Shown: positions 51,561 to 64,000 of the stretch, one piece after another
Layout: each line of letters begins with the position of its first letter
Position numbering within the stretch: position 1 is the stretch's first letter
DNA from: the human T2T-CHM13v2.0 reference genome, Homo sapiens
Length of the DNA stretch: 64,000 nt
Strand: one strand, 5' to 3'
Assembly: GCF_009914755.1 (NCBI RefSeq)
Contig: NC_060942.1
Translations under genes and position numbers: made by a program
The notes under the pieces: model-generated
Databases searched by the model: none
What the model was told of the DNA's origin: nothing
The model's input: only the letters and a program-made list of their open reading frames with translations

Positions 51561-51846
51561 GAACCCAAACATCACAGAAAACAATGGGGAACTGGGGTGG
51601 AGTTTCATTTTTCCTGTGGCTTAAGTGGAACATTTCTTTTCTATCTGATTAAAATTGTTTTGTGGATTTTCTTTATTGATTAGCTACATACAAAAGCAGT
51701 TAACACTATTTCTGAAAACGGAATGAACTTCTTTAAACTAATTATATAATATTTCATTCACATTAATTTTTTAATATTTAAAATATAACCAAGCATATAA
51801 TAGCTTCAATTAATTTTCAGAATATGTTTTCAAAGTCAGGATCTAT

Positions 51847-52056
51847 TTTTTGAACTTTTATTTTAGGTTCAGGGTACATGTGCAGGTTTGTTATATAGGT
51901 GAATTGCATGTCCTGGGGGTTTGGTATATAAATTATTTCATGAACGAATCCCAATAAGCATAGTCCCTGCTCGGTAGTTTTTGGATCCTCACCCTCCTCC
52001 CACCCTCCACCCTCCAGTAGGCCCTGGTATCTGTTGTTCTCCTCTTCGTGTCCATA
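51847..52056 (-). mobile_element. Short L1PA (older, PA13-like) 3' end with degenerate TSD
   Basis: AACTTTTATTTTAGGTTCAGGGTACATGTGCAGGTTTGTTATATAGGT; flanks TCAAAGTCAGGAT (51830) and TCAAACTCAAGAT (52057). Confidence 0.87.
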
Positions 52057-52100
52057 TCAAACTCAAGATATTTTAATACCATATGCTTCAGTGCTGATAA

Positions 52101-52443
<343 letters not shown>

Positions 52444-54054
52444 AAGTAGTGGAAACTTTTAAAATCAAAATCTAAACAAGCTTTTAGATTCATTCAATGA
52501 GTATTCATTGAACACCTACTATGAGCCCAAAAGATCAATACAAATGTATTCTGAGCCCTTTTATATCCATGTCTATACTTGGTAGATGGCCTTACTCTTG
52601 GACAAGGATGCTGAACCAACTCTCGTCATAGCACATTGTGGTTCTTCTCAGAGGGAGTCGGTGCTTCCTAGATAGAGACAGAGGAAAGCAACCTCTCTGA
52701 AAACAGTGACACATTTCTTTAGATTTGGAAACTGGAATATGACTGGCTTCAACCACTTTAAAATGTTTCCATCCTTTATTATTGCTATTAATCAAAGACA
52801 GCCAGGAGAAAATGTCATCTTCTGATTAAGAGATGCCTCTTTTATCCTTTAAAAAAAAATTCCTAGTTTTGTCTATGCATTAGTCAGCAATGCGATACCA
52901 AGATGTAAGTCTTTGTCTAAACAAGGAATGGGAGAAATAAAATATATTTTAACCTGTCACCCTGGGTGGGCTTCTTATGTTCTTCCTAGTTTAGCAATAA
53001 AACAACATTGTTTCAAATGTGGCAATTTCCTTTTATTCTTGAAACAAGCAAACTGTAAATTGCAAAACAGAACAGGATAAAAGCATAATTACTGCTTTTT
53101 TTATTCATACCATATTAATGTAATATAATTATCCAGTAAGTAGGCAGACTCTTATGAATATTCAACAATAATGGCAACAAAAGGCTGCAAAGTGGTTATT
53201 CTAATGAACACAAATAAAACAAAAACTTTAAGGGATGAAATAATTTTTTGGTATGTTTTAAAATGACGCCTGACAGCTGAAGTGTTCCACAGTGGAGTGG
53301 AGGCCGAGGCTGGGGGAAGGCAGATGCCAGGTCTTGGAAGGAAGCAGGGAGAGATTCTTACCCGTCCCCATCACGTTAGCCCTAAGTGCACCGGGGAGGG
53401 ACTAGAGCAACTCAGCGAATCTGCAGAAATAAAAGTGGAAGAAAAGTGGAAACATCAAGCGGCTTGAAGTTCCGCCACACCGTGGCCACGGTGCTCAGGG
53501 CCTTCCCCAGGAGGTAAAATGAGTAATTGGCAAGAGAAGGTCAGTGCCACATTGGACACTGGGAATGCAGAGTGCCGGGCAGAGCAGCTCCTGGGGCACA
53601 GCAGGCCTGGGTGCAGCGTGGAGGGCGGGGGAAGGAGGAGCCCTGTGGGTGACCCTGGCACCAGAACCTGGATCCGCGGGAGATGCACAGCATGGGAGGG
53701 AGGAGCCCAGTCTTGATGTTCGAATGGGCACATCTTGGTTTCTGGAAGCTGTAGCTCAGAAAACAACGCGAACTCCCGCGCATGGCTCGGACGACCTGGT
53801 TTCAGGTCTGATTGGGTTGGATTCAGCCCGGATGTACACCAGTTTGCAAGACTGATGTCACTGTGCACTTTCCACCTCAAATTGAAGTTGATCTGAAATA
53901 TGCACAGTGAATAAAGGAGATCTCAGCTTAAAATGGAACAGTCTGTTCCAATCATGCGGAATATTTCTGAGTTCTCTGAGCTCTGTGCACCAGCACTGTT
54001 GATCACTTTGCCTTATTTTGCCTAATCCTGACATAGCTTTGTGAACGTTGTACA

Positions 54055-54550
54055 TTTTTAGTCTTCCTGCTACAGACGAGGAAACAGAATCTAAGAGAGA
54101 TTAAATTATGTTTCCAAGATCAATTTCCCAAGAGCTGGTAAGGGGCATCCATTCATCCATCCATTGATTCCCTAAGTGTGGACTAAACAGTTACCACATT
54201 CTAGGTGGGGGGTGACAGTGATGAGACCCGTAGATACAGTTCCATCCTCATTGCATTTACAGCCCAGAAGAAGAGGCGGGCATTAAACTCCAGTACCAAA
54301 TATACAAGGGGGTAGAATATAATGAATATGATGAAAAAGTAAAGGACTGCATTTAGAAAGCAACACGTAACGTGAGATCAGGACACGAATATGAAATATC
54401 CAGGCAAAAAAGTGCGTAAGTTTATTCAGAGAAGTGGGAAGAGCTCATGCTAAGAGTCTGGGAATGGAAATGTTGTGTGACTGAAATGTGGACAAAATGA
54501 AGGTGTACTGATGAGAGATAAGCCTGCGAGTGTGGTCAGTCAGGGGGAGC
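54055..54550 (-). mobile_element. MIR fragment followed by L2 fragment
   Basis: TACAGACGAGGAAACAGAATCTAAGAGAGATTAAATTATGTTTCCAAGATC (MIR core); CATCCATTCATCCATCCATT...CCTCATTGCATTTACAGCCCAG (L2 3' end). Confidence 0.6.
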
Positions 54551-56393
54551 CATAGTTTCAGTTTACCTAACTGCAGCATAATTGTTGCTAACACTTCATC
54601 TCATTCCCAGAAGCATCCTGGTTTGGACACTGATCGGTGTGGCTGTGTGAGCACACATCCTCTTCTACCTGAGTGGAGCACCGGCAGGATAGTCCACGTG
54701 TCTCAGAATTTTATATATCCAATACATACGCTCTATGCTTATAACTTAGAAAATATGTTTTATAGAAACAGAATACCACTATGGATAAAGTTACGATTTT
54801 TATAAAGATGAAAGTAGGCATGACATAAAAGACAGTTTTATTTAATGATCATTGGGGCTGCTTGTGTATCTGTAGATCTTTGGAAAATAATATGATAAAG
54901 ACATTTATACTTCATAAATTGTTATGTGTTCATGTCATAGAACTTATTTTTCTTACCTTCACTTGAGCTAAATTACAGATTCTATTAAGATAATAAAAAT
55001 ATTCACATAACTTATGTACCGGTGACCATAATGCCAAATGAGATAACCCCTCTTAAAGCATTATCCTTTTTAGTTTTTCTTAATTTTCCCTTGATAAATT
55101 TTACTGTCCGAAGGCAGACACAACTAGAACTGCCAATACAAGTTTTAAAGTAACAATTGGATTCAGAAAAATTTCAGAGGACATTAGGGTATCCAAGGCA
55201 ATGGTGTCTACCTAACCCTGCATGTCACAATAACTGTGCAGTTAGAAGAAAAACAAATGGAACCACACAGCATGGCTAGAAGAAAAAGACTATCACAGTC
55301 CGTTAGTTACCTGTAGTGGAAAGTATCTACATGAAGACTTTTTTCTTGAGCTCTCATGGCAAGACTTCTCAGAGAGTTAGGGGATAATGAAAAGCTGCCC
55401 AGAAATAAGAAAAAGAAATACAAGCACAAAGGTGGACTTAAAATCACCCCAAGAAGCTAGAGACATAAATTACCAAGAAAGGATCCTGATAGATCAGAGC
55501 AGCTGGGAAGGGGCGTGGGCATACACAAGGCTCAAGGTCATGCCATTGGAAAGCATGGCACTGGGGAGAGAAGATGGTGGACGAGGAAGGAGCAGCCCCT
55601 CTGGAGATTTGTTGCAAATAAGAAGCAGGGGCTGGGGAGAATCTTAGGATCCTGCAAGACAAAGGACAAACTAAAGGACAAACCACCTCTCCCCTCCAAG
55701 CCACAGTTTGCTACACCAGAGAAAAGGGCTTTTTGCACTAGGAGGCTTAAACCACTATGAACAAAAACGTTGAACTCAAAATGCATATGTATAAACAAAC
55801 CTTACAAGCAAACTTACTATTAGAAGAAAACAGGAAATAAAAATCATTTCAGGTGGTTACAGTTTTCTCTCTCAATTTTTTCTTTATAAAAAAAAGCGTT
55901 ATTCAAGCACTCCAGACTTGATTAAATGTCCTTGATAAACATTCTGCAATATTTTTTAAATGCAGCATCCACTTCAATAATTAAAAACAAAAATAATTAA
56001 GTAAAAAAAGGAAAGAAATGTTGATTGAACTTGGGAAATAAAAGAAAATACAAAAGCATCTAAAAATGATGACCAGGTCACAAGGTTATAAGAAAGAATA
56101 AATTTAAATAAAAATTCAATAAAAATATTGGAGAAAGGAAAGAACAACCAAGAGAATAAAAATGAGGCTAAAAAAACTGTCGGAAAGAAAGGGGTTGAAA
56201 CAGGCAACAGGAGCTACTAAAGAAGTGAAATGAAACAATGGAACAGAATTGATTCACACAACTCTAGTGGAAGAGAACATTGAAGAAATAAATAAAAGAT
56301 AAGCCGACACATTGAAAGAACTTTCCAGATACCTGGCATAAATAACTCGAATGATTTTCTCAGGGATGTATCCTATTAAAACAATTAGATTTT

Positions 56394-58089
56394 GATTTGA
56401 GTTCCTTATAAATTCTGGATATTCAACTTTGTCAGATACATAATTTGTGAATATTTTCCCCCATTCTATAGATTGTCTGTTTACTCTGTTGATAGTTGAT
56501 TTTGCTGTGCAGAAGCTCTTTAGTTTATATAGGTCCCACTTGTCAATTTTTGCTTTTGTTGCAATTGCTTTTGGGGACTTAGCCATAAATTATTTGCCAA
56601 AGCCAGTGTCGAGAAGGATATTTCCTAGGTTTTCTTCTAGGATTTTTATAGTTTAAGATCTTACACTTAAACCTTTAATCCATCTTGAGTTAATTTTGTA
56701 TATAGTTTAAGAAAGGGGTCCAGTTTCATTCTTCTACATGAGTCTAGCCAGCTATCCCAGCATCGTTTATTGACAGGAAGTCCTTCCTCATTGCTTATTT
56801 TTTGTCGGTTTTGTTGAAGATCAGGTGGTTGTAGGAGTGTGGATTTGTTTATGGGTTCTTGTATAGTGTTCCATTGGTCTATGTGTCTCTTTTTGTATCA
56901 GTACCATGCTGTTTTGGTTACTGTAGCCTTATAGTATAGTTTGAAGTTGGGTAATGTGATGTTTCTTGTTTTGTTCTTTTTACTTAGGATTGCCTTAGCT
57001 ATTTGGGCTCTTTTTGGTTCCCTGTGAATTTTAAAATAGTTTTTTTCTAATTCCATGAACAAACGACTTTGGTAGTTTGATAGGAATAGCGTTGAATCTG
57101 TAAATTCCTTTGGGCAGTATGGCCACTTTAACAATATTGATTCTTCCAATAGGTGAACATGGAATGTTTTTCCATGACACAAATTGGTATCTGTGTTATC
57201 TCTGATTTCTTTCAGCAGTGTCTTAAAGAGATCTTTCACCTCCTTGGTTAGCTGCATTACTAGGTATTTCTCCTTTGTGTGGCCACTGTAAATGAGAGTG
57301 CTTTCTTGATTTGACTCTTACCTAGAATATTATTGGTATATAGAAATGCTACTAATTTTTGTACATTGATTTTGTATCCTAAAACTTTATTGAAATCATT
57401 TATCAGTTTTAGGGGACTTTTGGCTAAGTCTCTTGGGTTTTCTAGGTATAGAATCATATTGTCAGTAAAGAGAGATGGTTTGACTTTCTCTCTTCCTATT
57501 TGTTTGCCTTTTATTTCTTTCTCTTGCCTGATTGCTCTGGCTAGCAATCTCATTACTGGGTATATGCCCAAAGAAAAATAAATAATTCCACCAGAAAAAC
57601 ACATACACTTGTATGTTTGTTGCAGCGTTATTCACACTAGCAAAGATATGAAGTTAACCTAGTCGCTCATAAATGGTGGGTTAGATAAGGAAAATGTGGT
57701 ACATATACACCATGAAATACTGTGCAGCCATAAAAAGTAATGGAATCATGGCTCTTGCAGCACCACGGCTGCAGCTGGAGTTTGTAATCCTAAGTGAATT
57801 AACACACGAACATAAAACCAAATACCACATTCTCACTTATAACTGGGAGCTAAACGTTGGGCACTTATGGAAATAAAAGAGCAACAGTAGACATTGCGGA
57901 CCACCAGAGAAGGGTGGAGGGAGAGGTGGATTGAAAACCACCTAGGGGAACTATGCTTGCTACCCGGGTGAGGGGATCCACACCCCAAACCTCAGTATCA
58001 TGTAATAAATCTGCACATGTACCCCCTGAATCTAAAATATGAGTTGAAACTATCAAAAAAGAAATAAAACTGAAACCTTTGCATTTTAA
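56394..58089 (+). mobile_element. L1PA15/16-like element with 5' inversion (antisense 56394-57544, sense 57541-58060)
   Basis: Minus ORFs [24 protein letters not shown] and [13 protein letters not shown]...[13 protein letters not shown] are ORF2-like; orientation flips at about 57541; flanking repeats AAAACAATTAGATTTT (56378-56393) and AAAACAATCAGATTTT (58090-58105). Confidence 0.92.
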
Positions 58090-58964
58090 AAAACAATCAG
58101 ATTTTAAGAAAACAAAAAGTCTGCAGGGCTTCAAGGGAGAAAGATCAAACACTTTCCCAGAGCAAAAGAATTAGTTTGACCCCAGAATTCCCAAAAGTAA
58201 TAAGGAAATAAAATAATAACCGTAATAATAGTGATGACGGTGCAATAATTTTAAGAAAATCAAGGGAAAAGGAAGACTGGAGCAAAGATTTTATAATCAA
58301 CCATCCATATAACCATCTACATAAGTATGAAGGCTGCAGAAAAATGGTGTTAATCATGCAAAATATAGGGTCTATCACAAACCCGAGCCCTTCTTCAGCA
58401 GTCGCCTGGAAGATAAACGTCATCCACCTAAGAGGACTGCAAAAACTTCAGAAAAACCCATAGCAAGAAACTCATATAACTAACAGCTCAAATAGGACTA
58501 ATATGAAGATGGAGAAAAGCATAAAATAATATGCAAATGACCTGACAAAGTAGACAATGCAACAACTAAAATTCGCAGAAAGAAAGGAAAACAGGAAAGT
58601 AGAATAAACTTATATTATTTAGGTAATAGTTCAAAGTCAAAGAATACCACGCAAATCTAGCAAGCCAGATTGTTTGAAACAAATGTTGAAAAACAAACAC
58701 AAGAGATGAAGATTTTAAAGACGGTATGAGTACAAACGTAACAATGCAAATAAAAACTCAAACTTTCCTAAATGCCAAAATAAATGTGAAGCAGAAAGGG
58801 AAAATAAGCATTTTACACAGAGAAAGAATATAACAACAATAACATAATATACATCATAATATTAAAATATTATGACAAAGTTGAGGCAAAATATATCAGT
58901 CACATCAATAAATGTAAATGAGCTTCAAACATCTATTAAAAATGACATTCAATCTAGCTCAGTA

Positions 58965-59080
58965 ATCATATACATAAATATGTGTGTGTGCATGCTATAT
59001 ATGTGTATGATTATATACAAATACATGACTTTACATACATACATATATATGATTTTACATACATGCATACATACACATCT
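58965..59080. repeat. Degenerate (TA)/(CA) simple repeat
   Basis: TACATACATATATATG-type runs. Confidence 0.75.
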
Positions 59081-61299
59081 ACAGTAAAGTAGTTCAGAAA
59101 CATAAGAATAAAGATATGGGCAAAGATATACCAGTTACATGGAAACAGTAAGAATGCAGGGGTTGCAGTCCTAATACTAATCAAAGCATTATCCAAGCTA
59201 AAAAGCATTAATGTGGCAAGAGCATCTTTTAGTACTGAAAGATATAATGCACACTGAAGATATTACAAATGTAAATCCATATGTACCAAATAGTTTAGCA
59301 CCCATCTTTATAAAGAAGGAACAAGGGAGATGCAAGGGGAAATAATGCAAATAGGGGATTTTAACACTACTCTCAGGCAGATCACACAAACAAAAATATC
59401 ATTACAAAGAAAACACAATTAAGTTACGTAGCCAAATGTTACAAATAATATTCTCATAATGCAATAACAGTAAAAAGTAATGTCAAATTAAAAGGCCATC
59501 CACTTGGAATTAAAAATAAGCCTTCTAAAGTAGATCTTGAGTAAAAGGAGAAATACAAACACTAGTACAGAACTTATGAAAAATAATGGCGAAACACTGA
59601 AAATCAGGTACTATGGAAAATACTTAAAGCAGTGATCATGGGAAAAGTCATAGCTTTAAATACTTACATCAGTGTAAATTTAAAAAAAATTTTTTTAAAG
59701 CAGATTAAATTCCCAACTCAGAAAACTAGGAAAATAGTAAAAATATCAAAAGGAAATAACAAAAATAAAATCAGAAATTACTAAAATAGAAAATAGGAAA
59801 ATAGAAAAACTAGGTTTAATAATCTATATTCTTTTTATTGAAATAAAAAGTCACATAACCTATTGGCTAATTTAATTAATAAAAGCTGGAGAGATCACAC
59901 GTTTAATTACTAAGAATGTCCAAGGAGGAGAAATATAACAGAAAAAATAATAAGATTACTTGAAAATCTCTCTTGCAAATAAACTTTAAACACTGGACAA
60001 AGTGGAGAATTTTGTACAGAAAAAGCCTGATTACCAAAACTGACCATTAGAGAAAGAAAACTTAAATAGAGGAATTGCAGAAGGAATAGAGAAGGAGTGC
60101 TCAGATAGTTCCACGGGGGAACTGTTCCAACCTTCATGACATTGTTAATAGATGATTCTATGGCACAAAACTCACTACAGAACATACATATAAAGAAAAG
60201 CTTTACAAATACTTTCATGAGGATAGTATAACAATAATTTCTAAACCTGCAAAGAATAAAAAATAATACACCATATGCAAATAGGATTCATTCCTGGAAT
60301 ACAACATAGGTTTAATATTAGGAAACTCATTCACAAAATATATAATTACATTTTATTACATTATGTTTATTATATCTGTTATATAAGAGGTGTAAGGAGA
60401 AAAACTTTACACCTTATTTTAAACATTAAAAAACTTTTATCAAAACTCAATTCCAGGTCGAAAATTTTAAAAAACACCGAAAGAAGTAAGAATTGGTAGA
60501 TATCCCCTGAATGTAGTCCTTGACATACCAGAAACATAATTTCAGAACAGAAAACTGTAATCATTATCTCCATTGCTAATTCAAATTATACTGGACGTAT
60601 TGCTGGAAACACTACAATTTAATGTGTCATAACAATGAGACATAAAATAATTGAAAAAATATAACTAAGATGATCTCTGTCTACTTATGATATGAGTGTA
60701 TCTGGAAAGCTAGACAAAGATGGGGCTCACTAAAACAGTAATCAAATTCAATGACATATCAGGAAATCTTATTAATTCACAGCAATCAATATTTTTCATA
60801 TGCACAAACAATGAGAAATAGGGGATTAATGGTAGAGAAACTGTATTTATAAAAACAGCAGAGGATACAATAATTAGTAATAAGTTTAAAAATATCTATG
60901 CAAAATCTACATCAGATATACTTTAAAACATCCTGAAGGGCACAAAGGAAGACTTGAGCAAATAAGATATCAGTTGTTCTTGGATAAGATGACTCAATGT
61001 CATAAACATGCAAAACTCACTAGTAAAATAATATTCCAGTAAAAATACGAATATTCTTTCTTAGGGGGCTAGAAAACTTGATGCAAGTGTTTGTATAAAA
61101 ACATAAATATAAAAGAAAAAAATCTAAGGGAAAAAAGAAAAGAGCAGCCATATGCAAGATGGGCCCTATTGGGTATGGATACACCCAAAAACCCTATAAT
61201 TAACAGAGTGTGGTTCTGAAACATGGATAAACAGACAAAACAGTGGAATAACATAGAAAACTCCCAAAATACTTTTAAGTACATATTGAATTTAGTATA

Positions 61300-63661
61300 C
61301 AGGCAAATCTTGAAAATATTTTTGGGTTCATTCCAGACTGCTTCAATAAAGGGAACATTGCAATAAAATGAGTCACACAAATTTTTTGGTGTCCCAGTGC
61401 ATATAAAGGTTCTGTTTACACTGTACTGTAGTCTATTAAGTGTGCAATAGCATTATTTCCTTAAAAAGTACATACTGTATTTAAAACATATTTCACTGCT
61501 TATAAATGGTAACTATCATCAGAGTCTTCAGTGAGTCCTAATCTTTCTGCTGGTGGAGGGTCTTGCCTTGATGTTGACGGTTGCTGACTGATCAGGATAA
61601 TAACTGTTGAAAGTTGGGTTGGCTGTGGCAATTTCTTAAAATAGGACAAGAATGAAGTTTGCTGCATTGATTGATTGACTCTTGTTTTTATGAAAGGTAC
61701 CGTTGTTGCTTGACATGCCATTTGATAGTATTTTAACCACAGTATAACGCCTTTCAAAATTGGAGTCAGTCTTCTCAAATCCCACCACTATTTTATCAGA
61801 TAAATTTATCTATTATTCTAAAAACCTTTGTTTTCATTTCAACAATGTTCACAGCATCTTCACCATAAATAGATTTCATCTCAAGAAACCACTTTCTTTG
61901 CCCATCCACAAGAAGCCACCCCTTGCCCATTCAAGTTTTATTAAGAGACTGCAGCAATTCATTCATGTCTTCAGGCTTCACTTGGAATTCTAGTTCTCTT
62001 GCTGTTTCCATCACTTTTGCAGCTTCTTCCTCCACTGAAGCCTTGAGCCCTTCAAAGTCATCCAATCAACTTTTTCCAAACTCTTGTTAATGTTGACCTA
62101 TTGATCTCCCCATGAATCATAAATGTTCTCAATGGCATCTGGAATGATGAATCCTTTCCAGAAGGTTTTCCATTTATTTTTCCAAGATCAATTAGAGGAA
62201 TCACTATCTGAAACAGCTATAGACTTGCAAAATTTATTTCTAAAATAATCATACTCGAAAGTCAAGATCACTCCTTGATCCCTGGGCTACAGAATGAATG
62301 TGTGTTAGCAAGCATGGAAACTATGTTCATCGCATGTACATCCCCATCAGAGCTCTTGGGTGACCAGGTGCATTGTCAATAAGCAGGAATATTTTGAAAA
62401 GAATATTTTTTTTTTCTGAGCAGTAAGTCTCAACAGTGAAGTTCATATGTTCAGTGAACCATCCTGTATACAGATGTGCTGTCATTCAGGCTTTGCTGTT
62501 CCATTTCTAGAGTACATGCAGAACAGAGTTAGCATCATTCTTAAGGGCCCTAGGAGTTTTGGAATGGTAAATGAGCATTGGTTTCAACTTAAAGTCACCA
62601 GTTGCCTTAGTCCCTCACAAGAGAGTCAGCCTGTCCTTTGAAGCCAGACACTGATTTATCTTTTCTAGCTGTAAAATTCCTAGATGGCATCTTCTTCCAA
62701 TAGGAAGATATTTTTCTACATTGGAAATCAGTTGTTTAGTGTGTTTAGTTTCATCGATGGTCTCAGCTCGATCTTCGGGGGAACTTGCTGCAACTTCTAC
62801 ATCAGCACTTGCTGCCACACCTTGCACTTTTATGTCATGGAGATGGCTTCCTTCCTTAAACCTCATGAACTAACTTTTACTAGCTTCAAAGTTTTCTTCT
62901 GCAGTTTTCTCACCTTTCTCAGCCTTCATAGAATTGAATAGCTTTAGAGCCTTGCTCTGGATTACGCTGTGGCTTGAGGGAATGTTGTGGCTGGTTTGAT
63001 TTTCTATCCAGACCACTCAAACGTTCTCCACATCAACAGTAAAGCTGTTTGCTTTCTTATAATTCATGTGTTCACTGGAGTAGCGCTTTTATTTCTTCAA
63101 GACTTTTTTTTTCTTTTTTCATTCACAACTTGGCTAACTGGTGCAAGAGGCCTGTCTTGGCTTCCACATGCCTTCCTCACTAATCTTAGTCATTTCCAGC
63201 CTTTGATTTAAAGTGAGAGAGATGCAAGTCTTTGCTTCACTTGAACTCTTACAGACCATTATAGGGTTATTAATTGGCCTAATTTCAATATTGTTATGTG
63301 CCAGGGAATAGAGAGGCCAAAAAAGAGGGAGAGACATGGGAAAGTTGATGGTTGGCAGAGCAGTGAGAACACACAACATTCATCAGTTAAGTTTACTGTC
63401 TTATATGGATACAGTTTATAGAGCCCCAAAACAATTTCAATAGTAAGACCAAGATCACTGATCACAGATCACCATGTATAATAATAATAACAAAGACATT
63501 TGAAATATTGCAAGAATTATCAAATGTGACACAGAAACACAAAGTGAGCACATGCCTGTTGGAAAAATGGCACCAACAGGTTTGCTTGAGGCAAGGTTGG
63601 TACAAAGCTTTAATTTATAAGCTGGAATTTCTGCAAAGAACAATACAATTAGGTCTCCCTC
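61300..63661 (-). mobile_element. Near full-length Tigger1 DNA transposon
   Basis: Left end TA|CAGGCAAATCTTGAAAATATT, right end AGGTCTCCCTC|TA; minus ORF 62615-62866 [31 protein letters not shown] is pogo/Tigger transposase-like; frame disrupted. Confidence 0.92.
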
Positions 63662-64000
63662 TACAATGAAAGTAGCATCTCAAATGCCTGGGGCAAAGAT
63701 TTAAAAAAAAAATAACTGGTTCTTTGTCAACTGGATGGCCATTCAGAAAAAAATACAAATTTAGATCAATACCTAACACTCGACCCAATAGGGTTGAAAT
63801 GGATCAGGAATCTAAGTGTAAAAATAACATCATAAAAACAATAGAAGGAAACACAAGTGAATTCCTCTGTTGCCTAAGTATAAGAATTCCTTTGTTACCT
63901 AACTATACATCGCAATGCAGATGCAATGAAAAAAATATGAATATATTTAACTAAAATAAAAGAGAAAAAAACAGTAAAAATAAATAAAAAATTTGCATGA

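Larger units (their letters stand above)
55750..64000 (+). mobile_element. Ancient L1 (L1MC/MD/ME-like) ORF1-ORF2 remnant hosting a younger L1 and Tigger1
   Basis: A-rich sense L1 sequence: CAATAAATGTAAATGAGCTTC (ORF2 start region), GGATTCATTCCTGGAATACAACATAGGTTTAATATTAGGAAA (RT region), AGAGTGTGGTTCTG; resumes after each insertion; left boundary uncertain. Confidence 0.8.

Noticed and set aside
61500-63643. Domesticated TIGD-like transposase gene
   Set aside because: Transposase similarity is broken into short frames by stops and frameshifts

Overview
Primate (most likely human or great-ape) non-coding genomic DNA. I cannot support any host protein-coding gene, prokaryotic system or CRISPR array. 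The only ORFs with recognisable protein similarity are remnants of L1 ORF2 and of the Tigger1 transposase; the other long ORFs come from tandem or simple repeats or are chance. The window has three components. (1) Interspersed repeats: Alu/FLAM, young and old L1, L2, L3/CR1, MIR, MLT1/MLT2/MST/MER41A LTRs, MADE1, MER63, a near-full-length Tigger1 and a truncated 5S rRNA retropseudogene. (2) Two minisatellites plus an unusually dense set of 2-3-copy local duplications. (3) Repeat-free, AT-rich blocks dense in homeodomain/TALE/SOX-type motifs that look like long-range developmental enhancers; this is inference and needs a conservation check. The best-supported points of interest are a twin-primed (5'-inverted) L1 with TSDs and a possible short 3' transduction, a tailless 5S retrocopy, VNTRs that multiply SMAD-binding or splice-donor/E-box motifs, and two unexplained hairpins. 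Repeat subfamily names come from recalled consensus similarity and element boundaries are approximate; no database search was run. I found no convincing new biological system.
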